From positions 1,102-65,101 of the forward strand of contig DWYP01000018.1 of NCBI GenBank assembly GCA_019118605.1: 64,000 nt of DNA, read 5' to 3'. Position 1 is the stretch's first letter, and the number at the start of each line of letters is the position of its first letter. Source of the stretch: Candidatus Alistipes faecavium. Lineage in GTDB: Bacteria; Bacteroidota; Bacteroidia; Bacteroidales; Rikenellaceae. Below, piece by piece: positions 43,652-53,497 of the stretch. The notes beneath the pieces are model-generated. The model saw only the letters and a list, made by a program, of their open reading frames with translations, made no database searches and was not told the origin of the DNA. Made by a program: the position numbers and the translations under genes.

Positions 43652-44152
43652 TTATTCTTCCTCCTCCTCGCCGGCGATCTCGTCCTTGTACTGGTCGAGG
43701 ATCTCCTGCGGAATATCGTCGCAGCGTTCGTAGATCGAGACATTCCCGGCGTCGTCGGTGGCGATCCACGTCATTCTATCCGCGTAGAGGTCGCGGATGA
43801 TGTAGCGACTCGTCCAGTCGCCGTTCTCGTAGTCGTACATGCCGCGGATGACCGAACCCAGCGATTCATCGGTGTAGAGGTTGTAGGAGCCCGTAATGCG
43901 TCGCGGGCCGAAACTGTCGAGGTTCTGGTAGATCGTGAAGGTGTTGCCGTCGCGGTACGCAAGCTCGAGGTAGACGTAGCTGCCTTCGGCCAGTTCGGCC
44001 CCGTTGTTCCAAGAGGCGAGCTTCCACGTGCCCGAGATGTTGTAGAGCGAGACCTCGAGTCCCGGATCTTCGTAGCTTTTGTCCTTCTCGCAGCCCGTGA
44101 ATGCGGTTGCGGCGAAGAGCAGCAGAAGGGTGGATTTCAGAAAATTTTTCAT
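43652..44152 (-). CDS. lipocalin-like lipoprotein
   Basis: 166 aa starting MKNFLKSTLLLLFAATAFTGC followed by EKDKSYED. Carries GTWKLASWNNG, typical of lipocalin-like beta-barrel proteins, and an acidic tail EEEEE. ATG confirmed at 44152. Confidence 0.72.
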   Translation of the reverse strand: MKNFLKSTLLLLFAATAFTGCEKDKSYEDPGLEVSLYNISGTWKLASWNNGAELAEGSYVYLELAYRDGNTFTIYQNLDSFGPRRITGSYNLYTDESLGSVIRGMYDYENGDWTSRYIIRDLYADRMTWIATDDAGNVSIYERCDDIPQEILDQYKDEIAGEEEEE

Positions 44153-44166
44153 ATCGTTGTCAATTG

Positions 44167-44994
44167 TTATTCGCGTTGTTTCGTGTTGTCGCTGTCGGCG
44201 CCGATGCGGACGGTGATGCTGCTCTGCAGCGGGGAGAGCCCCAGCCCCTTCAGCACGACCGGAACCCGCTGCGGGACGCGTCCTTCCGAGGGTACGAAGC
44301 GGACGATCAGTTCGCCCAGCCTTCCGGGAGCGAGCTCCGCGGGCGAGAACTCCGCCTCGATGCAGGGGGGCAGCAGATTGCCGTCGACCCGGATCCGGAG
44401 CGTATCTTTCCCGCCGTTGAGGCATTCGATGCTTTCGGCCTGCAGAACCCCTCCGTTGAAGCGTATCTCCTCCTGCTTGAGCAGCAGCGAACCCCGGGCG
44501 TGGGGATAGGCGTAGGTCGGGTGCGTCGAGGGGACGACCTGCCCCGCGAGTACGAGTACCGCCGTGGGAGCCTTGTCCGAGAGCTGCGTGAAGAGGAAGA
44601 TCTTACGCTGGAAACGCCCCGGATGCCCTTTCGGGTGGTAGGTCACCGTGAAGGTGCGCGTCTGCCCGGGCAGCACCGGCTGCCGGTCGTATTCGGTCAC
44701 GGCGCATCCGCAGGTGGTACCCGTGCGGGTGATGACCAGCGGCTGTTCCCCGGTGTTCCGCCACCGGAACGTGAAGCTTTTCGGCCCGTCGTCCTCGCCG
44801 ATGTCGCCCGTGTCGATGTGCGTCGTCTCGAAGCGCATCGCTCCGGATCCCGGCGCCAGCGCGGGGTTGGCAAGACTGTCGAGCCGCTCGCGGGGAATCG
44901 TGCGGATCTGGCCGCGGGCCGGGGCGGCGGCCAGAAGTACCGCTGCCGCCCCGAGCACGGGCAGAATGTTCCGTATGACTCCTCCGAACCGCAT
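44167..44994 (-). CDS. DUF1573 domain protein (two Ig-like modules), secreted
   Basis: Carries HIDTGDIGEDDGPKSFTFRWRNTGEQPLVITRTGTTCGCAV...FTVTYHPKGHPGRFQRKIFLFT, the DUF1573 hallmark with the C-G-C motif. Confidence 0.83.
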   Translation of the reverse strand: MRFGGVIRNILPVLGAAAVLLAAAPARGQIRTIPRERLDSLANPALAPGSGAMRFETTHIDTGDIGEDDGPKSFTFRWRNTGEQPLVITRTGTTCGCAVTEYDRQPVLPGQTRTFTVTYHPKGHPGRFQRKIFLFTQLSDKAPTAVLVLAGQVVPSTHPTYAYPHARGSLLLKQEEIRFNGGVLQAESIECLNGGKDTLRIRVDGNLLPPCIEAEFSPAELAPGRLGELIVRFVPSEGRVPQRVPVVLKGLGLSPLQSSITVRIGADSDNTKQRE

Positions 44995-45003
44995 CTCCCC
45001 AGA

Positions 45004-47103
45004 TCAGAGCCAGCCGCTGCCGTTCGCCGACTTGCGCACGGTGATGTTGAACGTATGCGTCTGGTTGTTGCTGGCCGTGATCGAGGCGGTCGTGGCACCC
45101 TCGGCCACGCCGGTGAAGACGGCCTTCCCGTCCTTGATCTCTCCGGTGGCGATCGAGGAGTCGCCGATCTGGAGCGAGTAGGTCAGCGTCTCTCCGTCGA
45201 GGAAGTAGCGGGCGGGATCCTCCGTGACGGAGTTCTCGGCGCCGATTCCGAGGTAGATGTTCGGGAACGAGACGCTCGTTCCGGCCTGTTCGCCGGCCAC
45301 GGCCGACAGCAGCAGGTTGGCATCGGTCATGCCTCCGACGCATCCGTAATATTGCGAAAGAGGTACGCTCACATACCGGGTTTTGCCGATCTCCGTAACG
45401 TAGGAATAGTAGTATTTCGTGCCGACCTGATATTCGTCGATGGGCCTTACGCTGTTGACGAGCAGTTTGCGGAATTCGGCGGCCTTGAAGTGCTTGCGCA
45501 GCTGTGCGGCATAGGAGAGGCCCAGGGCGGCGACACCCGAAACATGCGGGCAGGCCATCGACGTACCCTCCATATAACCGTATCCGGTGTCGTTGCTTAC
45601 CTGCGGGGGCAGCGTCGAGAGCACGCAGCCGACGGATCCGACCTGATGGTCGTCGTCGTAGAACTCGAAATAGTAGTCCTGGTCGCCTCCCGGCGCCGAG
45701 ATGTCGGTAAAGGTTCCGTAGTTCGAGAAGGTCGAGATCGTGTAGTCGGGGGCCGTGGCGTTCACAGAGACGCAGTACTCGGCGGCTCCGGGGAAACCTC
45801 CGGCTGCGGCGTACTCGTTCCCCGAGGCGAAGATCGGGATGCCGCCCTCGATCGGGCCGTTGGGCGATCCGGCATTGTAGACGAAGTAGTCGAGCGCAGC
45901 CTTCTCCAGCGGGCAGTACTGCTCCCACTCCTCTTCGGTGGCGAATCCCGGGGTGTTCTCGTATCCGTTTGCGGCGCTCGAGGTGTATCCCCAGCTGCAC
46001 TGCAGGATGACGGCCCCGTTGTCGGCCGCATACTTGATGGCGCGTACCAGACTGATGGAGTTGCTGGCGGAGTTCCCCGAGAAGATCTGGCACGACATGA
46101 CCTTGACTCCGGGATTCTGCTCCGTACCTCCGGCGATCGAGGCGATGCCGATGCCGTTGTTGTTGCGCGCGGCGATGACGCCTGCCACGTGCGTGCCGTG
46201 GCCCGTATCGGCCGAGGCGTCGCACGAGATGACTCCCGTATTGTCGATGAAGTTGTATCCGTAGTAGTCTCCGGCGTATCCGTTTCCGTCGTTGTCGGTA
46301 TGCGAGGCGTAGGTCTCCTTCTCATTCACCCACATGTTGGCCTGAAGATCGGGATGGCGCCAGTAGATTCCTTCGTCGAGGACGGCCACGACGATCGACG
46401 GATCGCCCGTCGAACGCTCCCAAGCCTTTTCGCAGTTGATGTCCGCGCCGGCGACGAATTTCTTCTTGCCGACTTCGGCATCCTCGTCGGGGCCGATCAC
46501 GTAATCGGCCAGATAGCCCCGGTTGATGATGTGCCACTGCCATTTGAGCAGCTGGTCGTTGTAGACGTATCCGTTGGCGCCGTCGGCCCGGGTGACGGGC
46601 CCTTCGAGCAGGTTCCGCGAGATCGGAATGGCCTTGCGGTCGGTGCGGTACGCCCGCTTGACGGTGCGGTTGGGCGTCGCGGTCTGAACCTCTCCGAGCT
46701 GCGAAAGCCGGGCAATGACCTCGTCCACGGTGTAGGCATCGCTGAAACGTACCACATACCACAGGTGCAGTCCGGCCTCGCGCGTGCGCGCCTCGTGCTG
46801 TGCATCCACCGGGAAGATGCGCTCCAGCTCGCAGTCACCGAGCAGGTCGAGCACCTCGTCGACCGAAAGGATTCCCGAGCGCGTCGCAGCGGCGCCGCTG
46901 CGGGTCTTGGCAAGCCCCCGTTCGTCGAGGATGTCGCTGACGTAGGGCGAGAATTTCACGACAACTTCCCCTGTCATCTCGGTCGGCTCCGAGCCGCTTT
47001 CCGGCGCCTGGGGCGTCGGCTCGGCAATCTTTTCGGAGCAGGCACTGAAGGCGATCAGCGACAGGGCGCTGAAGGCCGTTAAAAGATATTTGTTCATTTT
47101 CAT
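45004..47103 (-). CDS. S8 (subtilisin) family serine peptidase lipoprotein
   Basis: Catalytic triad contexts are VAVLDEGI (Asp), HGTHVAGVIAA (His) and GTSMACPHVSGVAAL (Ser). Lipobox is IAFSAC. The C-terminus has a Big_2-like Ig module. Confidence 0.92.
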   Translation of the reverse strand: MKMNKYLLTAFSALSLIAFSACSEKIAEPTPQAPESGSEPTEMTGEVVVKFSPYVSDILDERGLAKTRSGAAATRSGILSVDEVLDLLGDCELERIFPVDAQHEARTREAGLHLWYVVRFSDAYTVDEVIARLSQLGEVQTATPNRTVKRAYRTDRKAIPISRNLLEGPVTRADGANGYVYNDQLLKWQWHIINRGYLADYVIGPDEDAEVGKKKFVAGADINCEKAWERSTGDPSIVVAVLDEGIYWRHPDLQANMWVNEKETYASHTDNDGNGYAGDYYGYNFIDNTGVISCDASADTGHGTHVAGVIAARNNNGIGIASIAGGTEQNPGVKVMSCQIFSGNSASNSISLVRAIKYAADNGAVILQCSWGYTSSAANGYENTPGFATEEEWEQYCPLEKAALDYFVYNAGSPNGPIEGGIPIFASGNEYAAAGGFPGAAEYCVSVNATAPDYTISTFSNYGTFTDISAPGGDQDYYFEFYDDDHQVGSVGCVLSTLPPQVSNDTGYGYMEGTSMACPHVSGVAALGLSYAAQLRKHFKAAEFRKLLVNSVRPIDEYQVGTKYYYSYVTEIGKTRYVSVPLSQYYGCVGGMTDANLLLSAVAGEQAGTSVSFPNIYLGIGAENSVTEDPARYFLDGETLTYSLQIGDSSIATGEIKDGKAVFTGVAEGATTASITASNNQTHTFNITVRKSANGSGWL

Positions 47104-47115
47104 AGCGTCAATTCG

Positions 47116-48885
47116 TTATCGGGTCGAAGAGTCCGAGGAATCCGAAGAATCCGAGGATGCGGAGTCGTCCTCCATGTTGGCAAGGTACTTCTTCGTGTAC
47201 TCCTGGTAGTAATAGTTCATGTTCGAGGGCACGTTGCTGAATCCTGCGAGGTTGCCTGCCTCGTCCTTACCCTCCTGGGAGAAGAACAGCGTGTAGGGGT
47301 CCCACCAGTCGAGCGCCGGATGCCAGAGAATCCAGTCGGGGAGCTTTCCGGTCAGACGGTTGAAGTTCAGGGCGAACATCTTCAGCTGCGGCATGACGCG
47401 CTTGACCGTAAGGAGCCTGCGGGGCAGCGTGTCGGCGCTGTTGGCGATGTCGGCCTCGGTATAGTAACCTACCGAAGAATCGTCCTCGAAGGAGGGGATT
47501 TCGCCCTGGAGATAGTTCACCGAGAGGATCAGCGTGTCGAGACCCGTCACGGCCTCCCCCTTCTTGTTGGTTCCGGGCTCCCAGCGGAGCAGCCGCGAGG
47601 GGAAGTCTCCGAACTCCTTGGTGTTGGGATCGTAGGCCGTCTCCTGGTAGAAGCCGCCGAAATTGGTCGAGATGTCGTTGCTCAGGTCATAGATCAGCCG
47701 ACGCTGGTTGTTCGCCATTTTCAGGACGTGCAGCTTCGGGAAGTTGTCGGGATTGATGATCTCGGGGATCTTCTCGAAGTTGTTGCTTCCCAGGTCGAGG
47801 TACTCGAGCTCCTTGAGGTTGGTGAAATCCTCGTGGAGGGAGGTAAGTCCGTATGCGCCGATGGTCAGACGCTTCAGGTGCTCCAGCTTGCAGATGTATT
47901 CGCCCGTGTCGAGGTTCAGCTGGAAGGTGTTGACGTTGCTGTAGAACTGCAGCTCCTCGGCGCCCGTCAGGTACTGCACCTCGAAGGGAAGCCCCTCCTT
48001 GGTCGAGAACATGAAGAAGCGTGCATACTTGACGCGTCCCTTCAGGGAGTCGACGTATCCGTCCATGCCCTCCTCCCAGAGGGTGACTCCGGACCAGTTG
48101 TCCATCTTCTCGCCCGAGCTTTCCCAGTTGGTGGCCCAGACGGCAAGCGAGCGGGCGATGCTGAGCAGCGCCACGGAGTCACCCTCGCGGGTGCCGCGCT
48201 TGATCTCCTCGGCGGCGTTCTGACGGATGGTCAGGTTGTCGTTCTGCGCGAGCATGTCGCTCGTTACGCCGCTGTCGGAGGTCGGGACGAACGTGATTTC
48301 GGCCGTGCGCTCCATGGGTACCGAGTTGATGCCCCAGGTGAAACGGACGGTAACCTCCCGGGGGCGCAGCCCGCGGTCGAGGTTCACGTCGAAGCGGTCG
48401 GTCTTGACCCAGTTTGCCACCTCGTCGGGAATCTTCACCTCGAAGTCCACGTTGGTCTTGACGCGTACGTCGAAATGCCGCTCGTCGAGCGAGGCGTAGT
48501 TTTCAATCGAGATTTCGGGTTCGTCGAGCGTGATGGCGTAGTCGAAGCCCTTCTGCTCGATCTTCACCTCCTGGTATTCGGCGCTGTTGTCGGATTTGGT
48601 GATACGCACGACGCCGCTGCGCACCTGGTTGGTGAGCGCCGAGTCGATGATCAGCCGACACTCCTTGCTGCCTTTTCCGTTGGCGGGCGAGACGGTGATC
48701 CAGGGCACGGACGCCGAGGCTACCCAGCTGTCGTTCGACGAAACCCGGATGCGTTCGGTGCCGCCTACGGCCTCGACGGTGAAGGTCTTGTTGTCGATGC
48801 CGAAGGAGTTGTTCTCGTCGTTCGTGCATCCGGACAGGGCGGCTGCGGCGAGAACCGATAATGCGATATAATTCCGTATTTTCAT
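47116..48885 (-). CDS. BACON-domain plus leucine-rich-repeat surface lipoprotein
   Basis: Lipobox ALSGC followed by TNDEN. Two BACON-like modules (SNDSWVASASVPWITVSP...). LRR units follow (LKELEYLDLGSNNFEKIP, LHVLKMANN, LDTLILSVNYLQGEIP). The tail is Ser/Asp-rich. Confidence 0.87.
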   Translation of the reverse strand: MKIRNYIALSVLAAAALSGCTNDENNSFGIDNKTFTVEAVGGTERIRVSSNDSWVASASVPWITVSPANGKGSKECRLIIDSALTNQVRSGVVRITKSDNSAEYQEVKIEQKGFDYAITLDEPEISIENYASLDERHFDVRVKTNVDFEVKIPDEVANWVKTDRFDVNLDRGLRPREVTVRFTWGINSVPMERTAEITFVPTSDSGVTSDMLAQNDNLTIRQNAAEEIKRGTREGDSVALLSIARSLAVWATNWESSGEKMDNWSGVTLWEEGMDGYVDSLKGRVKYARFFMFSTKEGLPFEVQYLTGAEELQFYSNVNTFQLNLDTGEYICKLEHLKRLTIGAYGLTSLHEDFTNLKELEYLDLGSNNFEKIPEIINPDNFPKLHVLKMANNQRRLIYDLSNDISTNFGGFYQETAYDPNTKEFGDFPSRLLRWEPGTNKKGEAVTGLDTLILSVNYLQGEIPSFEDDSSVGYYTEADIANSADTLPRRLLTVKRVMPQLKMFALNFNRLTGKLPDWILWHPALDWWDPYTLFFSQEGKDEAGNLAGFSNVPSNMNYYYQEYTKKYLANMEDDSASSDSSDSSDSSTR

Positions 48886-48899
48886 GATTCTGAAGGCTG

Positions 48900-51659
48900 T
48901 TATTCGAGCATGTCGGGGCAGTTGATGATATTCTGCGATTTATCGTATATGAGGTTGTAGGCTCCGGCCTGCCAGTAGTAGCAGATGTCCGAGGCATCGA
49001 ACGTGATGTTGGGGTTGTCGCTGATATCGAGGTTGTAGATCAGATAGGAGATCGTGTCGTCGATTTTGCGCAGGTCGTTCGAGCCCAGGAAGAGGCCGCG
49101 CAGTCCCGTGTGCTTGTAGATTCCCGTGGGCCACTCCTTCATGCAGCGTGCGCCGTTGGCGTCGCGCTGTCCGCGCACGGCGTAGACCGTGAGGCTCAGG
49201 GCGTCGGTCGGCTCCCAGGGGAACTTCGTGAAGGCGTTGTACGAAAGGTCCACGCCGTAGAGATAGGGCATGTTCCCGGCATGGAAGTCCTTGGGCAGCT
49301 CCTTGATCCGGTTGTATGTGAAGTCCAGCGAAATGAGGTTGGCCATGTTCTCGGGCTTCGCGCAGGTGAAGCAACCCTCTTCGAAGGACTCCAGGCCGTT
49401 TCCGCTGAGGATGATGTAGCTGATCTTCGAATTGCTCTTGGCCATGCATGCGGGGTACTCCTTGATCTGGTTCCCCGAGAGCGTGAAGGTGGTGACGTTG
49501 ATACCCTGGTAGGTGCCGTTGTCGGCGTTCTGGAACCGCTCGATCTTGTTGTATGCGAAGTTGGCCCCCGAGAGGTAGTAGGGGGAATTGCTGGTGAAGA
49601 TGTCGGGGACCTCCGTGAGGTTGTTGTACGACGCGGAGAAGGTCTCCAGGTTGTCGGTGTTGCAGAAGATCCGTCGACCGTTGACCTCGACCGTTCCGAA
49701 TCCCGTGATCTGGTTGTTGTCGAAATAGAGCTGTGCAGGCATGAAATCGTTGCCGAAGGACTCGATGACGCCCGAGATCTTGTTGTTCGACAGGTCGAGC
49801 AGTCCGAGCGACTCCATGCCGGCGATCTCCTTCGGGACGCTCGTCAGGTTGTTGTCGCGGGCGTAGAGCATCTGCACCACGTTCTTCGACTTCCCGGTGG
49901 CGATTCTTACGAGTGCGTCCCGGAGTTCGGTGTCGGTCCATCCGGGGATGGTGGCGGTTCCGGAGTTGCAGGAGATGTTCACCTGGATGAGCGCGGGCAT
50001 CTCGCCGATCGTCGCGGGCAGTCCGTGCATGTTGGGGCAGTTGTAGATCTCGAGCAGCGTGCACGACTTGAGGTGGCAGATCGAATCGGGGAGCATCTCG
50101 ATCGGGCTGTTGCCGATGTAGAGGTACTCGAGTTTCGAGAGGCGCCCGATGTCGTTGGGCAGGCTCAGGAGGTTGTTGCAGAAGCGTCCGGCGATTACAT
50201 CCTTCGGAGCGATCTGGCGGTGGCGTCCGGTTTTGCGGTCGATGAGCTGCTCCTCGGTGTAACCCTCCTCGTAGAGGCTCATCGCGGGGCTTGTGAGGTT
50301 ATGCTCCTTGAGCGCCAGGGCGCACGGATACGACATCTGCGGCATCGGGTGGATGGCCTGCAGATACTGCTTGTTGTACTCCAGACGGTTGCGGTTGCGC
50401 TCGGCGAGCGACTTCGACTGGTCGAGGGCCGGATCATACGTTCCGGTATTCATGTCGTTGTGCGTGCCGAGGTAGAGCTCCACCAGCTCGGTGAGCTGTC
50501 CGATGGCTGCGGGCATGTGTCCGCTGATGCCGAACTCGCTGAGGACGATCTTGGCCACGCGGCCGTTCGAGTGGATCTCGACGCCGGGCTGGTCGCTCCA
50601 CAGGTCGGGCGACTTGTTGAAATCCCAGTTGCAGCCCTTGTTGTAGTCCTGGCCGCCGTAGTACCAGTTGGGGCCGTCGAGCGCCTCCCAGATGGCCTTC
50701 AGCGCGTAGTTGTCTTTCATGTACTCGTCGGCCTCATAGAGTTTGACGGAGACCTTGGCATCGACGGTTTCGTTGTCCACGACCGTGAAGTTGCACGTCT
50801 CGGGAAGTTTGTCGGTGCAGGTTTCGAGCAGGGTCTTGTTGGCGTCGTAGGTCACGTAGCCGACGATCTCGTAGGTTCCCGCGGGCAGCGAGAAGAGCGA
50901 GTCGCAGGTGATCGACGAGGTCTGGTATCCGAACTCGTCGCTCTCGATGTCCTCCTCGTCGAAGTGGATGGAGAAGTCGGCCTTGAGATAGGTGTACGTG
51001 ATGTCCGGCTCGTCGGTGTTGACCTTGTGGATGGTCACGTCGAAATATTTGATCTCGTCGAAGGTGTATTCGCGGGTGCGGTCCGTGGCGCGCGTGGGCG
51101 CGGGGTCGTAACCCAAATGATCCTCATCGAATCCCTCGATGTTTTTTCTCAGGTTGAAGCGCACCTTTCCGCGGGGCGTAACCTTGGCCGTGAGGTCGTG
51201 TACGGTGAGGCCTCCGGCCACCACCTCGAGCTGGTAGTTCGCCGTGGTGCCGCGGTAGAGCTGTTCGTCGTTCACGTCGTAGAGAATGAACGTAACGATT
51301 TCATACGTGCCGGCCAGGAGCTGGATCTTGTCGCTTCGCAGGCCGAATTCGGCGCTTTCCTTGTCCGCATAGTTGAGCGTCATGGTTTGCGCGATGGTGG
51401 TGTTCCCCGACAGCAGACGGATTTCCAGTTTGCAGGCATCGGCCAGGTAGTCGAGTTCGTCCACGATGGCGCGGGTTCCGGCCTCGGCGGTCGCATCGGA
51501 CGGCATCTGGACGGCCCCTTCCTTGTAGAGCTTGAACTGTACGTATCCGTAGTCCTGCTCGCGGTTGTCGATTCCGTCATCGTTGGTGCAGGCTCCGGAG
51601 AACAGAACGGCCAGGCAGGCAACGGTGGCGAATATTGCTTTGTTTCTGAAAAGTTTCAT
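48900..51659 (-). CDS. large leucine-rich-repeat surface lipoprotein (Ig-like N-terminal modules plus about 15 LRRs)
   Basis: Lipobox LFSGAC followed by TNDDG. The N-terminal third has three repeated beta-sandwich-like modules. A long LRR array follows (LTELVELYLG, LSKLEYLYIGNSPIEMLP, LGLLDLSNNKISG, and others). Confidence 0.87.
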   Translation of the reverse strand: MKLFRNKAIFATVACLAVLFSGACTNDDGIDNREQDYGYVQFKLYKEGAVQMPSDATAEAGTRAIVDELDYLADACKLEIRLLSGNTTIAQTMTLNYADKESAEFGLRSDKIQLLAGTYEIVTFILYDVNDEQLYRGTTANYQLEVVAGGLTVHDLTAKVTPRGKVRFNLRKNIEGFDEDHLGYDPAPTRATDRTREYTFDEIKYFDVTIHKVNTDEPDITYTYLKADFSIHFDEEDIESDEFGYQTSSITCDSLFSLPAGTYEIVGYVTYDANKTLLETCTDKLPETCNFTVVDNETVDAKVSVKLYEADEYMKDNYALKAIWEALDGPNWYYGGQDYNKGCNWDFNKSPDLWSDQPGVEIHSNGRVAKIVLSEFGISGHMPAAIGQLTELVELYLGTHNDMNTGTYDPALDQSKSLAERNRNRLEYNKQYLQAIHPMPQMSYPCALALKEHNLTSPAMSLYEEGYTEEQLIDRKTGRHRQIAPKDVIAGRFCNNLLSLPNDIGRLSKLEYLYIGNSPIEMLPDSICHLKSCTLLEIYNCPNMHGLPATIGEMPALIQVNISCNSGTATIPGWTDTELRDALVRIATGKSKNVVQMLYARDNNLTSVPKEIAGMESLGLLDLSNNKISGVIESFGNDFMPAQLYFDNNQITGFGTVEVNGRRIFCNTDNLETFSASYNNLTEVPDIFTSNSPYYLSGANFAYNKIERFQNADNGTYQGINVTTFTLSGNQIKEYPACMAKSNSKISYIILSGNGLESFEEGCFTCAKPENMANLISLDFTYNRIKELPKDFHAGNMPYLYGVDLSYNAFTKFPWEPTDALSLTVYAVRGQRDANGARCMKEWPTGIYKHTGLRGLFLGSNDLRKIDDTISYLIYNLDISDNPNITFDASDICYYWQAGAYNLIYDKSQNIINCPDMLE

Positions 51660-51702
51660 AGAAAACCTTGTCTTGTAAACTCTTTAATTATAGCTTGTTG
51701 AA

Positions 51703-51736
51703 AACGGAGCCCCGCCCCATTCAACGGGGCTCCGTT
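51703..51736 (-). terminator. intrinsic terminator after the BACON lipoprotein gene
   Basis: AACGGAGCCCCG pairs with CGGGGCTCCGTT, a perfect 12-bp stem with a 10-nt loop. On the minus strand the stem runs into TTTT. Confidence 0.6.
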
Positions 51737-51752
51737 CTTCAGTGGGCGTCAG

Positions 51753-53435
51753 TTAGTAGTTGCGTACGCAGACGATGCGGCCGACAACGTTGGAACCCTG
51801 ATAGAGCGCGATGGTACCCTTGACTCCGGTTTCGCACGGGTTGACATTCATGCTGACAACCATGCTGGTCTTACCGGGCATATCGGACCATGACTCTGCG
51901 TCGAGCCATTTCGCATCGAGATATTCCTCGCTGACTCCGATAAAGGTGTAGTCGAACGAACCCTTGATGGACAGTATGATGCTGCCGCCCTCGCAGCCTT
52001 CAGTGTTGTAGGTCAGGCGGTAGATGGGCACTCCGTTCATGAACTCGTCGCCGAAATTCATCAGGTAATCGTCCTCATAGAAGTAGTTCTCCGAGTCGAT
52101 GACCTCCCATTTGGCGCTGCCGTTGTCGAACATGTGCTGGGAGCCGGCGTTGGGGCTGATCGAGAATCCGCTCACGCTGCTGCTGGCGCCGTCCTGCGTG
52201 ATCGAGGCGTAGACATACTGTTTGTACTCCTCCTTGATGTCCGTACCAGCATCGTTAAACAGGTCGTAATCGGGGTCCGTGATATTGGCAGCGACGGTCT
52301 GCGGCAGGGCGAGCAGGGTGGCCGTGCGCTCCTCTCCGGTATTGGCCGCAACACTCACCGTGTAGGTGTGCTGCTGGAACACTCCGCCGTTTTCATCCCA
52401 CGTATCCTCGATCGTTACCCAATCGGTCAGGTAATACCACTGTTCGCGGAGATCGACCGCGTAGATCTTGAGTCCCTTGGTGCTGGAAACGGTGGTCGAG
52501 AGGTTGTCGTAGAGGGTCTCGTCGCTTCCCAGCGACTGGCTGACGTACTTGCCGTCGGCATTGAACGTGAAGGTCGCATTCATGTCCGAATACGGGAAGC
52601 GGATCAGGTCGCGGAATGCGGGAATCGACACGCAGTATTTGTTGTGCGCGTTGTTGCCGGGATCCTCGTTCTTGTCGATGGAGGCGTCGTAGAAGTCGAT
52701 CACACCTACGGCACCGTCCTGGTTCTCTTCGGTGAGGCTGGCGGTTACCACTACCTGATAGGCGCCGTCCTCGTCGGCGATGGCCGTCGGGGTTACCTCG
52801 AGCCACGAGGGTGCCGAAGCGAGCCAGTCGAAGTTGCTCTTGCTCTTGAACGTGTACGTGTAGCTTCCGACGCGGAGCGGCCACTTGAGCTCGATGGTGC
52901 CTTCGGGAGCGGTCTCCGGCGTCTCGGTGCCGGTGTACTTCGTCATGGCCGTTTCCGAATACTCGTAGGGAATGACGAAGTCGTCCTCATTCGTGTCGTA
53001 GGCCGAAGCGTAGAACTCGAACTCGCGGATGGCCGCTGCGCGGCTGATCTTCGCGATGATCTGGGACTCTCCGCCCATGGTGAGCGACACCTCGCAGGTC
53101 GGGGCGTCGTCGAAGGCTTCCTGTTCGGTCGTGGCGACCGTGACGGTCACGGGCGAGGTGCTGGCCTTGCCGGAGATCGAGCTGACAGGCATCTCACCGT
53201 CGCGCAGCTCGAACCACTTGGAGGTCTCGGCATCGGTGGGGATGCTGACCGTCCAGTCGAGGTTCGGAGTGAAGGTGACATCACACGACGTCTCTCCGAC
53301 CTGGATCGTCAGGTTCTGAAGTTCCGGGAATACGGGAGGGGTATTCTCTTCTGCCTCGGACGTATCACAGGCTGTGGACAGCATGGCGGCGCTGACCAGC
53401 AGAGCCGATGTCCAATGTAGAATCATTCTTTTCAT
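51753..53435 (-). CDS. surface lipoprotein with BACON-like modules, function unknown
   Basis: MKRMILHWTSALLVSAAMLSTAC followed by DTSEAEE. Repeated segments resemble BACON (TFTPNLDWTVSIPTDAETSKWFEL and FKSKSNFDWLASAPSWLEVTP). The track start at 53447 is also possible. Confidence 0.8.
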   Translation of the reverse strand: MKRMILHWTSALLVSAAMLSTACDTSEAEENTPPVFPELQNLTIQVGETSCDVTFTPNLDWTVSIPTDAETSKWFELRDGEMPVSSISGKASTSPVTVTVATTEQEAFDDAPTCEVSLTMGGESQIIAKISRAAAIREFEFYASAYDTNEDDFVIPYEYSETAMTKYTGTETPETAPEGTIELKWPLRVGSYTYTFKSKSNFDWLASAPSWLEVTPTAIADEDGAYQVVVTASLTEENQDGAVGVIDFYDASIDKNEDPGNNAHNKYCVSIPAFRDLIRFPYSDMNATFTFNADGKYVSQSLGSDETLYDNLSTTVSSTKGLKIYAVDLREQWYYLTDWVTIEDTWDENGGVFQQHTYTVSVAANTGEERTATLLALPQTVAANITDPDYDLFNDAGTDIKEEYKQYVYASITQDGASSSVSGFSISPNAGSQHMFDNGSAKWEVIDSENYFYEDDYLMNFGDEFMNGVPIYRLTYNTEGCEGGSIILSIKGSFDYTFIGVSEEYLDAKWLDAESWSDMPGKTSMVVSMNVNPCETGVKGTIALYQGSNVVGRIVCVRNY

Positions 53436-53497
53436 AAGGCATTGCATTTTAGAACTATAATTAAAGAGAATGGGGATTTATGATGTTTGCATTGCGA

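Noticed and set aside
44101-47082. 993-aa plus-strand ORF, with similar 800-900-aa ORFs at 20643-23153, 22936-25446, 38898-40955, 41096-43510, 49110-51701, 53480-55984 and 55990-58734
   Set aside because: All lie antisense to genes with strong family motifs (S8, GH89 x2, TPR, ffh/era, LRR, SusD, SusC). All share the Arg/Gly/Val/Asp/His-rich shadow composition.
47116-47163. Ser/Asp repeat tail (SASSDSSDSSDSSTR) of the BACON-LRR lipoprotein, encoded by a 9-nt periodic repeat
   Set aside because: It is a real low-complexity tail, but short. It could vary in length, and I see no basis for a specific function, so it is noted only as part of the CDS.
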